From: Cloacimonetes bacterium SCGC AAA252-N17
GTDB lineage: Bacteria; Cloacimonadota; Cloacimonadia; JGIOTU-2
Direction of reading: 5' to 3'
DNA: 64,000 nucleotides
Assembly (NCBI GenBank): GCA_000404785.1
Contig: ASNI01000007.1
Span: 181-64,180 of the forward strand
The notes under the pieces were generated by a model. That model made no database searches, was not told the DNA's origin, and was given only the letters and a program-made list of their open reading frames with translations. Of the stretch, positions 1-8,963 are shown in pieces. The first letter of the stretch is position 1. Each line of letters begins with the position of its first letter. Both the position numbers and the translations under genes were made by a program.

Positions 1-2583
1 TGCATTATAGGTCGCAGTGAAAGCAGAGAGCTCAAACGGAAGGGTCGCTGTTCCCGTATCTGTGATGAGGTCCACTACACCATAGGAATCGTAGTAGTAA
101 ACATCTCCAAAGCTCAGAGTACCATAAGTGTTAACCAGTGCCTGGAATACGATGTCTGCAATAAGACCCTCTCCTTCAGGTGCTTGAGCAGGATCTGTTC
201 CTGTTAATGTATAAGCAAGACTTAAAACACCTGGAGTAGAAGTATCAACCATCCAGCCTACTGCTGTGCCACCATTAGATTCAAGGATGTTCCCTTCATA
301 AGTAATGGGATTTGTAGGAGTAGATGTTACATAAGTAAGCTCCGTCGGGTTATAGATAACCTCAAATTCGTAGGTATCTAAGTTTTGAACTCCGGTGCAA
401 TACACATCTAACCGTATCATGGTTCCCACAGGTTGTGAGGGTATGCTGGTCAGATTCTGATTACCTAATGTTGTAGCATCCAGATCAAAGACTATGCCGG
501 CAAATTCATTGGGACCTTTTCCAGATTTGCCCGAACTGGATTTTGGAGGTGTGCCTTCGTGCCAGTGGTCTCCGAAAACCTGTAAGTCAGCAGCATCTAT
601 AATACCATCCGGCACCAAGTCGTAGAGAGGGTCCCAACCAGGGTCCGTATCAACAAAGTGCCAGTGGTCTCCAAACATCTGCAAGTCTGTTGCATCTACA
701 TAGCCATCAAAATTGAAATCACCAATAAGTGGCAAAGCCTGTTCAAATGTTACATCATCAACGAATAGTGGAGTATAGGTGCTGATGTTACCATGTTTAA
801 AAGCTATATAGGTAATGCTGGGATTGGTTAATGCGACTGTATATTCTGTAAAGGTGCCGGTCAATGTTATTTCTTCAATTAGCGTAAATGTTGCAGAATC
901 TGCTGGATCGGACATTGTTCCTACTATTATTGGGTTACTGCCCTGAGCCCAGAATGTCAAGATACTTCCATTGTCTCCAACCTCTACCAATGGAGTAACT
1001 AAAGCTACGAATGCGGTTGGATCTAACTGACCGGTAGAACCATCTAAGCCATTATTAATATATGCAGTATTGGGAGCAGAAGGGGCTGATCCGTGTATGG
1101 TTGTTTTAACTTCTGCAGTGGTATTTGAAGGGAGAACTTCTAAAAGACATTGCCAATCACCTGGTAATGCTGGTGGCGTGACACCGTCGAAATTCTCAGT
1201 AATAGATGTAAGAGGAGCGAGTTTCGCTAAATAGGCATCATCTATGGAGGGATCAGTTCCGTAGTTAGTTAGTGTTATACCGCCAAAAGTCACTGTGCCT
1301 TCAAAACCTCCGGATACATACACATTCCCATTTGCATCTACATCTATATCACCGCCACCTTCATTATTACTTCCGCCAGCTTGTTTTGCCCACTGCCAGT
1401 TGCCATCGGTATCAAGCTCTGCTGCAAAAATATCCCTACCACCGCTACTTGTTAGGGTTGTAGTGCCAAAAGTCGCTGTGCCATTAAAATATCCTGTAAT
1501 ATATGAATTACCATTTGCATCTGCGATTATCTTATAGCTGTAATCCGAAACACTTCCGCCAGCTTGTTTTGCCCACTGCCAGTTTCCAGCAGTATCAAGT
1601 TCTGCTACATAAATATCACTACCCCCACTGCTTGTTAGGGTTGTAGCGCCAAAAGTCGCTGTGCTCTCAAATGTCCCGGTTACATATAAATTCCCATTTG
1701 TATCTATGCTTGTATCATATCCGCAATCACCACTATTTCCGCCAGCTTGTTTTGCCCACTGCCAGTTTCCATCGGGATCAAGTTCTGCTACATAAATATC
1801 ACTACCCCCGCTGCTTGTTAGGGTTGTACCGCCAAAAGTCGCTGTGCCACTAAAATATCCTGTAATATACGAATTACCATTTGCATCTACACTTATTCCA
1901 TTGCCACCATCACCAGAACTTCCACCAGCCTGTTTTGCCCACTGCCAGTTTCCGTCTGTATCAAGTTTTGCTACGAAAATTTCCTCAGTAGGAGGGCCGA
2001 AGCCTGGTAGAAATGTACTACCAAAAGTCGCTGTGCCCATAAAAAATCCGGTTATATACGAGTTACCACTTGCATCTACACTTATACTCACACCATAATC
2101 AGGAAAATAAAGATCATCGCCAGCCTTTTTTGCCCACTGCCAATTTCCGTTTGCATCTATTTTTGCAACATAAATATCCGGCGTTCCGTAGCCGGATGTT
2201 AGAGTTGTGCTGCCAAAAGTCGCTGTGTTTGTAAAGGCTCCGGTTACATACGAATTGCCATTTGCATCTGTGCTTATAGCAATCCCTAAAGCATTACCAG
2301 TTCCGCCAGCTTGGTTTACCCATTGCCAGTTTCCATTTGCATCAAGTTTTGCTACGAAAATATCATCAGGCCCACTGCTTGTTAGAGTTGTATCGCCAAA
2401 AGTCGCTGTGCCTTGAAAGCTTCCGACTACATACGAATTGCCATTTGCATCTAAGCTATTACCACCGCACCAATCATGACCACTTCCACCAGCCTGTTTT
2501 ACCCACTGCCATTCGGGAACTTGGGCTGTTAATACTGAGAACACCATAAATAAAACTGTAAATAAGATAATACTCTTTTTCAT
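1..2583 (-). CDS. Secreted SBBP beta-propeller-repeat protein with dockerin-like and possible cohesin-like C-terminal modules (3' end runs off the window)
   Basis: Absent from the ORF track because there is no stop in the window. Reverse complement from ATG at 2583-2581 reads MKKSIILFTVLFMVFSVLTAQ (signal peptide). At least 7 repeats follow of the type GG.G.D.g.sl.vDanGNsYvtG.F.GTATFG.ttLtS.G..DIfVAKlDanGnWQWa..AGG (SBBP/PF06739-like). At ~556-725 the same frame reads GDFNFDGYVDATDLQMFGDHW...DLVPDGIIDAADLQVFGDHW, two dockerin-type Ca-loop repeats. The + strand ORFs at 1272-2549 are antisense shadows. Confidence 0.8.
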   Translation of the reverse strand, partial: MKKSIILFTVLFMVFSVLTAQVPEWQWVKQAGGSGHDWCGGNSLDANGNSYVVGSFQGTATFGDTTLTSSGPDDIFVAKLDANGNWQWVNQAGGTGNALGIAISTDANGNSYVTGAFTNTATFGSTTLTSGYGTPDIYVAKIDANGNWQWAKKAGDDLYFPDYGVSISVDASGNSYITGFFMGTATFGSTFLPGFGPPTEEIFVAKLDTDGNWQWAKQAGGSSGDGGNGISVDANGNSYITGYFSGTATFGGTTLTSSGGSDIYVAELDPDGNWQWAKQAGGNSGDCGYDTSIDTNGNLYVTGTFESTATFGATTLTSSGGSDIYVAELDTAGNWQWAKQAGGSVSDYSYKIIADANGNSYITGYFNGTATFGTTTLTSSGGRDIFAAELDTDGNWQWAKQAGGSNNEGGGDIDVDANGNVYVSGGFEGTVTFGGITLTNYGTDPSIDDAYLAKLAPLTSITENFDGVTPPALPGDWQCLLEVLPSNTTAEVKTTIHGSAPSAPNTAYINNGLDGSTGQLDPTAFVALVTPLVEVGDNGSILTFWAQGSNPIIVGTMSDPADSATFTLIEEITLTGTFTEYTVALTNPSITYIAFKHGNISTYTPLFVDDVTFEQALPLIGDFNFDGYVDATDLQMFGDHWHFVDTDPGWDPLYDLVPDGIIDAADLQVFGDHWHEGTPPKSSSGKSGKGPNEFAGIVFDLDATTLGNQNLTSIPSQPVGTMIRLDVYCTGVQNLDTYEFEVIYNPTELTYVTSTPTNPITYEGNILESNGGTAVGWMVDTSTPGVLSLAYTLTGTDPAQAPEGEGLIADIVFQALVNTYGTLSFGDVYYYDSYGVVDLITDTGTATLPFELSAFTATYNA
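1270..2530. repeat. Coding tandem repeat, period ~183-195 bp, about 7 units (SBBP blades)
   Basis: GTTTTGCCCACTGCCAGTTTCC or close variants recur near 1383, 1566, 1749, 1932, 2127, 2313 and 2496. Confidence 0.85.
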
Positions 2584-2628
2584 TGTTTTCTCCTATAATT
2601 TTTTTGTTTTTGTTAATATAATTATTCT

Positions 2629-2745
2629 ATCCCGATGCATCTACATCTCGTTAGACAGGTCGGGATGTCTGCCTATCAATGACATTAACTATCTTATGCC
2701 CTACGAACCATAGTGGTCGGGGCTCCTATCTTTGACATTTTAGAT
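2629..2745. repeat. Two intergenic hairpin modules, each followed by CCTATC(AA/TT)TGACATT
   Basis: ATCCCGA (2629-2635) pairs with TCGGGAT (2660-2666). A second imperfect hairpin is GCCCTACGAACCATAGTGGTCGGGGC (2698-2723). Each is followed by CCTATCAATGACATT or CCTATCTTTGACATT, which contain TTGACA-like boxes. Confidence 0.6.
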
Positions 2746-2835
2746 AACATTTCGCCTTTTTTAATTTATATTTTCTCTCTAATTTTAAATTCTTCAAAGG
2801 GTATTGCTTTTTAATCTTTCCTCCTTTTTTGTTTT

Positions 2836-3663
2836 TTATTTTTTTTTGGTCTGAGCTTTCCATGATTTAACATCCATAGATTGCTGCCAGAAAAAATCGA
2901 ATAAGGCAATAAATGCATCAACAATAGTCTGTTGCTTGATGAGCACCATCCTGAGTTCATTGGAAATATTTAACGGGACTGCATCAGCAATCAACAATGT
3001 TTTATTATCAAATACGAACATTTTGAGTGGAAGGATACTCGAGATTCTGCATTGTTCACCGGCTTTACGATCTCTTTCCATGAGAGAAATTGTAACATAA
3101 TCTTCAATACTCTTTATTTCATAAATAGTTTTTAAGACACCTTTACGTTTTAAAAATGCATTTTGTACATCTCCCTGCATTTTTTGTTCTTCGGAAGTTG
3201 AAGCAGCCCAGGGAGGTTTTGTGAATGACAATATTTCGTTTTTGGCATTTCCTGTTAACTCGCAGAATTTTTGATGTATATTATCGTTTCCATGAAAAAC
3301 TTCTATGTATTCAAAAGGTTCTTTGATATCGTCAGAACTATTGTATATTTCTTCCATTTCATTGATTAGTTTATAACTTTCAGCCAAATTATTTTCCATG
3401 TTTTTCAAAGAGCGACTAAATGAAGATTTTGGGCTGGCAATATTAAAATATTTTCTGTTACCTATTTTTTTTTCTGAGCAATAGCCTTCGCGTAAAAGGT
3501 AATTAACAACCTCGCTTACCTTGTTATGCGGAACTCCGGAGATTTTTTGCAGGTCAGATAAAGATGCATCCTTTTTTTCTAATAACGCTGAATAAACTTT
3601 AGCCTGCCGTTCACTAAAACCTAAATTTTTCAGGTTATTTACAAACTTATTATTTCCTTTCAT
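2836..3663 (-). CDS. TrmB-family HTH transcriptional regulator
   Basis: The N-terminus LGFSERQAKVYSALLEKKDASLSDLQKISGVPHNKVSEVVNYLLREGY matches the TrmB winged-helix pattern. The 275-aa length is typical of the family. Confidence 0.75.
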   Translation of the reverse strand: MKGNNKFVNNLKNLGFSERQAKVYSALLEKKDASLSDLQKISGVPHNKVSEVVNYLLREGYCSEKKIGNRKYFNIASPKSSFSRSLKNMENNLAESYKLINEMEEIYNSSDDIKEPFEYIEVFHGNDNIHQKFCELTGNAKNEILSFTKPPWAASTSEEQKMQGDVQNAFLKRKGVLKTIYEIKSIEDYVTISLMERDRKAGEQCRISSILPLKMFVFDNKTLLIADAVPLNISNELRMVLIKQQTIVDAFIALFDFFWQQSMDVKSWKAQTKKK

Positions 3664-3909
3664 TTTATACCGCCATCACTATGGGGGGACATTTATTTGA
3701 GAATGAAAAAACTGTCAAGCTTTTTCTTTTTTTTGAAAAAAAGTTATCTATTTTTTAGGTTTCAATATAGTTAACTGGCACAATAGTGGTAAGTTAAAAA
3801 CAAAATATTGTAATGAGAATTTATAAAAAAAATTAAATTTTTTTGAATGTAAATGTTTGTCAATTTTGCAGGAGCATTTTCGGGATTTATTTTAGTGATA
3901 TTTTTTTCG

Positions 3910-5358
3910 TTATACGGTATGTTTTTGATTAAAAACAAAGGTTCCGTTTTTGAGAATTCGGACTGCATTTTCAACAACATTCGGATCATATAAAATACCT
4001 TTGTTGTCCTCTATTTCTTCAATGGCGATCTCCAATCCAAGACTTTGACGATAGGGTCTATCATTCACCATTGCTTCTACAACGTCTGCTACTGCAAGTA
4101 TTCGGGCTTCCATAAGGATATCATCATTCTTCAGTCCATTTGGATAACCGCTACCATCAAACCGCTCATGATGCTGAAGCACCATTTTGGCAACCTGCCA
4201 CGGAAAATCAAGATCCTTCAGTAGGTTATAACCTACTTTCGGGTGTAATTTAATCTGTTCCCACTCTTTATCTGTAAGCATTTCCGATTTATTCAATATC
4301 CTGATCGACACCTTGATCTTACCAATATCATGTACGATTCCGCCTATACGAATATCTTCGATCATATCGGATGGAAATTTCATTTCCTCTGCAATGGCAA
4401 TCCCAAGTTGAGCCACATTATGCTGATGACCTGCTGTGTAGGGATCCCGCAATTCAACAACATTGGCGAGCACGTTGACAGTATCCTCGATAAGTTTCTG
4501 CAATCTCTCAGAACTTGCCTTAAGCTCATCTTCAGCCCGTTTTCTGTCGGTGATATCTCGATAAATACCATACACTGCTACCTGCTGTCCTTCTATGATG
4601 ATAGGCGTGCCGAGAATCGATACATCCAGCAATTTACCACTTTTGGTTCTACGCTTTGTTTCAAGCTGTATATCTTTGCCATTAGCAACTTGCTTAGTGC
4701 ATTCAGTAGCTTCGTTCAAAAGATCATCAGCAGCAATGAGTTCATCGATACCTTTTCCAATTGCTTCTTCCAAAGTATAGCCAAACATATCAGTGAATGC
4801 ATTATTAACCTGTAGTACTTTCCCATCATTCAAGGTAACTACTACTGCTTCCGGTGAACTCTCAAAAAGGCGTTCGAAATATGCCTTCTGCTCCTGAAGC
4901 GCTTCGTCAGATTTCTTGCGATCCTCTTCCTTCCTTTCTATCTCCCGTTGAAGTAAAATGCCATTGCCCAGTTCTTGGATCATGTCCATAAGCCGATTCA
5001 CATCAACCGGTTTGAGAATAAAACCGTGCACACCAAGTTCTATTGCCCGTATAAAATAGTTAATTTCTCCATAAGCTGTCACTACGATGAATTTTGTAGC
5101 AGGTTCAATTTCCTTGATCTTCTCGATCATTTCCAGCCCGTTCATGATGGGCATTCTTATATCTGTTATAACGATTTGGGGCTTATGCTTCTTAAATATA
5201 TCGAATCCCATTTTCCCATCAGTCGCAGTGTACACATCTCTAATCTTACGTTCCAGCATTGTATTAACTGAACGGAGTATGACACCTTCATCCTCAACAT
5301 ACATAATTGATAAAGGTAAAAGAGCTTTTGGTGTTTCTTTAATTGGTTGTGATTTCAA
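3910..5358 (-). CDS. Response regulator with REC, PAS and HD-GYP (c-di-GMP phosphodiesterase-type) domains
   Basis: The REC domain shows VEDEGVIL...ITDIRMP...VVTAY. A PAS segment follows. HD-GYP motifs are HDIGKIKV and HHERFDGSGYPNGL. The start is a TTG at 5358. Confidence 0.9.
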   Translation of the reverse strand: MKSQPIKETPKALLPLSIMYVEDEGVILRSVNTMLERKIRDVYTATDGKMGFDIFKKHKPQIVITDIRMPIMNGLEMIEKIKEIEPATKFIVVTAYGEINYFIRAIELGVHGFILKPVDVNRLMDMIQELGNGILLQREIERKEEDRKKSDEALQEQKAYFERLFESSPEAVVVTLNDGKVLQVNNAFTDMFGYTLEEAIGKGIDELIAADDLLNEATECTKQVANGKDIQLETKRRTKSGKLLDVSILGTPIIIEGQQVAVYGIYRDITDRKRAEDELKASSERLQKLIEDTVNVLANVVELRDPYTAGHQHNVAQLGIAIAEEMKFPSDMIEDIRIGGIVHDIGKIKVSIRILNKSEMLTDKEWEQIKLHPKVGYNLLKDLDFPWQVAKMVLQHHERFDGSGYPNGLKNDDILMEARILAVADVVEAMVNDRPYRQSLGLEIAIEEIEDNKGILYDPNVVENAVRILKNGTFVFNQKHTV

Positions 5359-5614
5359 TGGTAAACGCTGCTCCTTTTTTGGTATTCTGCACGGTAAGTG
5401 AACCTTTCATATTCTTTTCAATGAGCATTTTTGACATATATAGACCTAATCCTGTTCCGACTAAACTTTCTTTCTTTAAAAAGTAAGGTTCGAATATTTT
5501 GTCAATCAATTTATCAACCTTCAGCAGACTGGAGTTCAGGCATTTTTGACGGGACTTCAGAATGCTAACAGTTGTCGTCTCAAGTCCAGTTTCAGCATAC
5601 TGGAGTTCAGGCAT
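5339..5614 (-). pseudogene. Remnant of a histidine kinase (only the last ~55 aa of the HATPase_c domain are kinase-like)
   Basis: The C-terminal half, KIFEPYFLKKESLVGTGLGLYMSKMLIEKNMKGSLTVQNTKKGAAFTIEI, is a G1/G2-box ATP-lid region. The N-terminal half is translated from the 71-bp tandem repeat. No H-box or N-box is present. The remnant overlaps the REC-HD-GYP start like a former HK-RR operon junction. Confidence 0.6.
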
Positions 5615-5663
5615 TTTTGACTGGACTTCAGAATGCTGACAGTTTTCGTCTCAAGTCCAGTTT
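5520..5663. repeat. 71-bp tandem direct repeat (2 units), each containing a 13-bp-stem hairpin
   Basis: ACTGGAGTTCAGGCATTTTTGAC(G/T)GGACTTCAGAATGCT(A/G)ACAGTT(G/T)TCGTCTCAAGTCCAGTTTC starts at 5528 and again at 5599. Within a unit, ACTGGACTTCAGA pairs with TCTCAAGTCCAGT with one mismatch. The palindrome CCGCCAGTTGGCGG follows. Confidence 0.85.
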
Positions 5664-5715
5664 CTCCGCCAGTTGGCGGATCTTCTGAACTCGAGTCTTG
5701 ACTTAATGACTTCTT

Positions 5716-8508
5716 TCATCTTTCAATAGTTTTCTTCAAACGAATTACAAATACTGCCCCGTTCGGTTTATTATCTTCTACAAATACTATTCCATCATAA
5801 TCTTCAACGGTATGTTTTACGATATACAAACCAATACCGGTATGCCCTGTTTCACCATATTGGAAACCTTCATCAAATATCTTATATTTTATTTCGTCAG
5901 GTATGCCAATGCCATAATCCGTAAATCTGATCTCACAATAATCTTCGTCTGAACTAATATCAATATCCAGCTTAGTAGTTTTGCTATGCTTTATTGCATT
6001 GTTAATTATGTTCTCAAATACTGAATATACAGCATTATCCGCATAAGCTCTTCCAGTGCCAGTAACATTAAACTTTATATTTGGATAATTTTTAATAACA
6101 TCATGTGCTACTTTATCAATTTGATATTCATCTAAATCTGCATGAGAATCTATGAACTCTTCCTGGTCACGTTGCTTTTTTATTGTATTTAAACTTTTTT
6201 CAACTCGTTTCTCGATCTCATCAAGCATAGTTTCATCCTGCTCATCACGGTAGATATCAAGAGCGCTTTTTATTACAATAACATCATTTGCAATGTCGTG
6301 ACGTAGAATCGAATTTGCTACTTTTAACCGTTCTCGATTGATCTTTAATTCTTCTTCCGCATGCTTGCGCTCGATGATCGAAGCTAATTCTGCTGCTACT
6401 GCTTTCCCTATGTTTTTGTCATCATCACTCCATATGCGTACTTTATCATCATGAAGGTAGAGAATTCCTTTAACATCACCAGAATAATCTATACAAGGTA
6501 TGCTGAGATAAGCAAGTGTTTTTGTTTTTTCCCAAATATCTTTATGTTTTTCATACCAATATTTTTTACGAATATCATTAACGACAGAAATCTCTTTTTT
6601 TTCATAAGCCAGGATTGTCTCTTCTCCTCTATTATTTGTAGGTAAAACTGATCCAATTCCGAGCAAATTTTCTTTACAATCTACTATTTGCCAATCATTG
6701 TTAGGGTCAACTCTAATTCTTAGCATTACTTTGGGAAGATCTAACCCTATCCTAATTGCCTTTAAAGCAGTTTTAATAGATTTTTTTAAATCTGTTTCAA
6801 GAAGGCTCAAAGCCACATCTTGGAGTATTTGTCGCTTACGAAGTTCTTGCCTTAAAGTCTCTTCTGCCTGCTTACGTTCGGTGATGTCTCTTACGATCCC
6901 GCAAAGTCCTGTAATTTTTCCCTCTGGATCTTTAAGAGGTACTTTAATTGTATGAAATGAGTGCATTACTCCATCAACCGGCTTTGTGGGAAATTCCTCA
7001 ATAACCTCTCCTTTTAAAACTTGTTTATCTAATTCCAACGCATGTTTGCCTGCTTCTTCACCAAAAAGGTCTATGTCTGTCTTGTTAATCAAATTTGATG
7101 CAGGTATTCCGAAAAGTTTTTCCATTGCCGGATTAGCATGAATATATTTAGAATTAATATCTTTAATAAAAATTGAATCGATTGCAGATTCAGAAATAGC
7201 TCGAAATTTCTCTTCGCTCTCCCGCAGCGCTTCCTCCGCCTGTTTGCGTTCAGTGATATCATAAATTATTCCCTGCCATAGGATAACTCCATTTTCTTTT
7301 GCAAACATACTGAACAAAGCTCGAACCCATTTTATATTCGAATCATCGATTTTAAGACGGTATTCACAATCTAAGTGTTTATTGGTTTCTAAAGCTTTTA
7401 GAGATGCTTCATCCAGTGCTTTAAAATCCTCTTCTGGTATTAACTTGAAATACTCATCAGGAGCTATATCTATTTTTTTTGCTAATTCTTCGCCAATTAT
7501 ATCTTTTAATCCTGGTCCCCGATAGATGTGCTCACGATGTCCATCAGGATACCATTGATAAATACTTACAACACCGGGAACATTCTCAGCAAACAATCTG
7601 AATTGTTCTTCGCTTTTTCTTAATTGGGAAGTTTTTTTCACAACATGGTGTCTCAAAATACGGTTGAAAATGAAGATAATGATTATCAAGAAAAATATGA
7701 TTGCAATAATTATTTTTATCCAGAGAGGTAAAATAGTGATTTTCCCCTTTCCACCCAGATATTTATCCAACGATCTGTAGTAAATAGAATTTTTATCTTT
7801 CTTTAATTCTTTTATTTGAAAGTCAGTTTTTTCAACAAGATACGGTGTTATCTTTGAATCTTTAAAGAATGCAAATTGCATGTGAGCTGGTTGAAGAATA
7901 ATTGGAGTTTTTTCAATATTAAAATTGATATCATTAATATTTCCAAAATCTTTATCTGTAATTCCTGCATCAATTTCATTATTTTCTAAAGCTTGGAAAA
8001 TGTTCAAATAGTTTTCCATTTCTATGATTTCACAATCGATTTCGAATTTTTTTGTAACTGCCTTTAACCCTTCAGGTCCATCCAGATCGAAACTTCCATT
8101 TAATCCGGCTATTTTCTTTCCTTCCAGGTCAAGAATAGTTTGAATATCAGATCCCCTTTTCTTATAAATTCTTGTCCAACTCAAATGTACTGTCTCATTT
8201 GAAAAAGCGAATCTTTCTTGTCTTGATGGAGTTAAACCTACATTAACCATTATATCGATTTCATTATTCTCTAATCTCTGCAGGCATTGATTCCAACTTC
8301 CATGAATCCATTCGATTTCCCAATTTTCCTGTTGTGCAATATATTTTGTAATGTCAGCCCAGAATCCACTTATTTCACCATTTTTATCAGTAAGTATTTT
8401 TGGAGGATTTTCATAAGTCCCGATCTTCAAATCTAATTTTTCATGTGCTGCTAAAGAAAAAGCACTGAAAATAATCAGAAAAATAATAAGTACAATTATT
8501 TTTTTCAT
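5716..8508 (-). CDS. Hybrid-architecture sensor histidine kinase (periplasmic SBP_bac_3 domain, TM, 2 PAS, GAF-like, HisKA, HATPase_c)
   Basis: A signal/TM segment is followed by a family-3 solute-binding-like domain and the TM helix ILPLWIKIIIAIIFFLIIIIFIF. Two PAS units each end in DITERKQAEE. The H-box is SILRHDIANDV, and the ATPase motifs are NNAIKHS, DYGIGIP and GIGLYIVK. Confidence 0.9.
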   Translation of the reverse strand: MKKIIVLIIFLIIFSAFSLAAHEKLDLKIGTYENPPKILTDKNGEISGFWADITKYIAQQENWEIEWIHGSWNQCLQRLENNEIDIMVNVGLTPSRQERFAFSNETVHLSWTRIYKKRGSDIQTILDLEGKKIAGLNGSFDLDGPEGLKAVTKKFEIDCEIIEMENYLNIFQALENNEIDAGITDKDFGNINDINFNIEKTPIILQPAHMQFAFFKDSKITPYLVEKTDFQIKELKKDKNSIYYRSLDKYLGGKGKITILPLWIKIIIAIIFFLIIIIFIFNRILRHHVVKKTSQLRKSEEQFRLFAENVPGVVSIYQWYPDGHREHIYRGPGLKDIIGEELAKKIDIAPDEYFKLIPEEDFKALDEASLKALETNKHLDCEYRLKIDDSNIKWVRALFSMFAKENGVILWQGIIYDITERKQAEEALRESEEKFRAISESAIDSIFIKDINSKYIHANPAMEKLFGIPASNLINKTDIDLFGEEAGKHALELDKQVLKGEVIEEFPTKPVDGVMHSFHTIKVPLKDPEGKITGLCGIVRDITERKQAEETLRQELRKRQILQDVALSLLETDLKKSIKTALKAIRIGLDLPKVMLRIRVDPNNDWQIVDCKENLLGIGSVLPTNNRGEETILAYEKKEISVVNDIRKKYWYEKHKDIWEKTKTLAYLSIPCIDYSGDVKGILYLHDDKVRIWSDDDKNIGKAVAAELASIIERKHAEEELKINRERLKVANSILRHDIANDVIVIKSALDIYRDEQDETMLDEIEKRVEKSLNTIKKQRDQEEFIDSHADLDEYQIDKVAHDVIKNYPNIKFNVTGTGRAYADNAVYSVFENIINNAIKHSKTTKLDIDISSDEDYCEIRFTDYGIGIPDEIKYKIFDEGFQYGETGHTGIGLYIVKHTVEDYDGIVFVEDNKPNGAVFVIRLKKTIER

Positions 8509-8514
8509 AATATT

Positions 8515-8868
8515 TTACTCTATTGGTATATTAAGTGTAAAACTCGTCCCATTTTTCCTGTCTAATGATAATGTTCCCTGAAGCTGCTGAGTAATCATAT
8601 CGACAATTGATAAGCCAAGCGTATCCGGATCATTTATGTCTATATTTTCCAGCATTCCGATACCATCATCAGAAATTTTTATTACAACATGTTTTTCTGT
8701 TTCTTTTAATTCGATATGAATATTTCCCTTATCTCTTCCCTCAAAAGCATATTTTATTGCATTTGTTATGATCTCATTCAATACCAGTCCCAATCTGTCT
8801 AATATTTTAATACTCATTGTGAGCTCATCCAACTTGGCCGGAGAATTCTCCGAAAACACTTTATTCAT
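8515..8868 (-). pseudogene. Isolated HATPase_c fragment, a duplicate of the 3' end of the upstream kinase gene
   Basis: The 117-aa product aligns along its whole length with the C-terminus of the 704-aa kinase. The DNA of 8533-8830 is ~90% identical to 9001-9298. There is no H-box and no convincing RBS. Confidence 0.65.
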
Positions 8869-8963
8869 GCACTATCCAGAGAATCTTCATCGAATTTTTG
8901 GGGGTATCCCTGTAAGTAAACATTTTCTCGTATATCTTCAAAATCATCCACTCAGCTACTCAA

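Noticed and set aside
1272-2549. Six + strand ORFs of 60-84 aa with proline/leucine-rich repetitive products
   Set aside because: They are antisense shadows of the long minus-strand SBBP-repeat gene. That gene has a signal peptide, a clear repeat architecture and an ATG at 2583. The track omitted it because it has no stop in the window.
4330-4815. Long antisense ORFs inside well-supported genes (also 13254..13646, 13772..14185, 15069..15563, 28269..29003, 35613..36023, 40476..40856, 55921..56481)
   Set aside because: Each lies opposite a gene with unambiguous family motifs and has atypical composition (Ser/Cys/Phe-rich). These are ordinary shadow ORFs.
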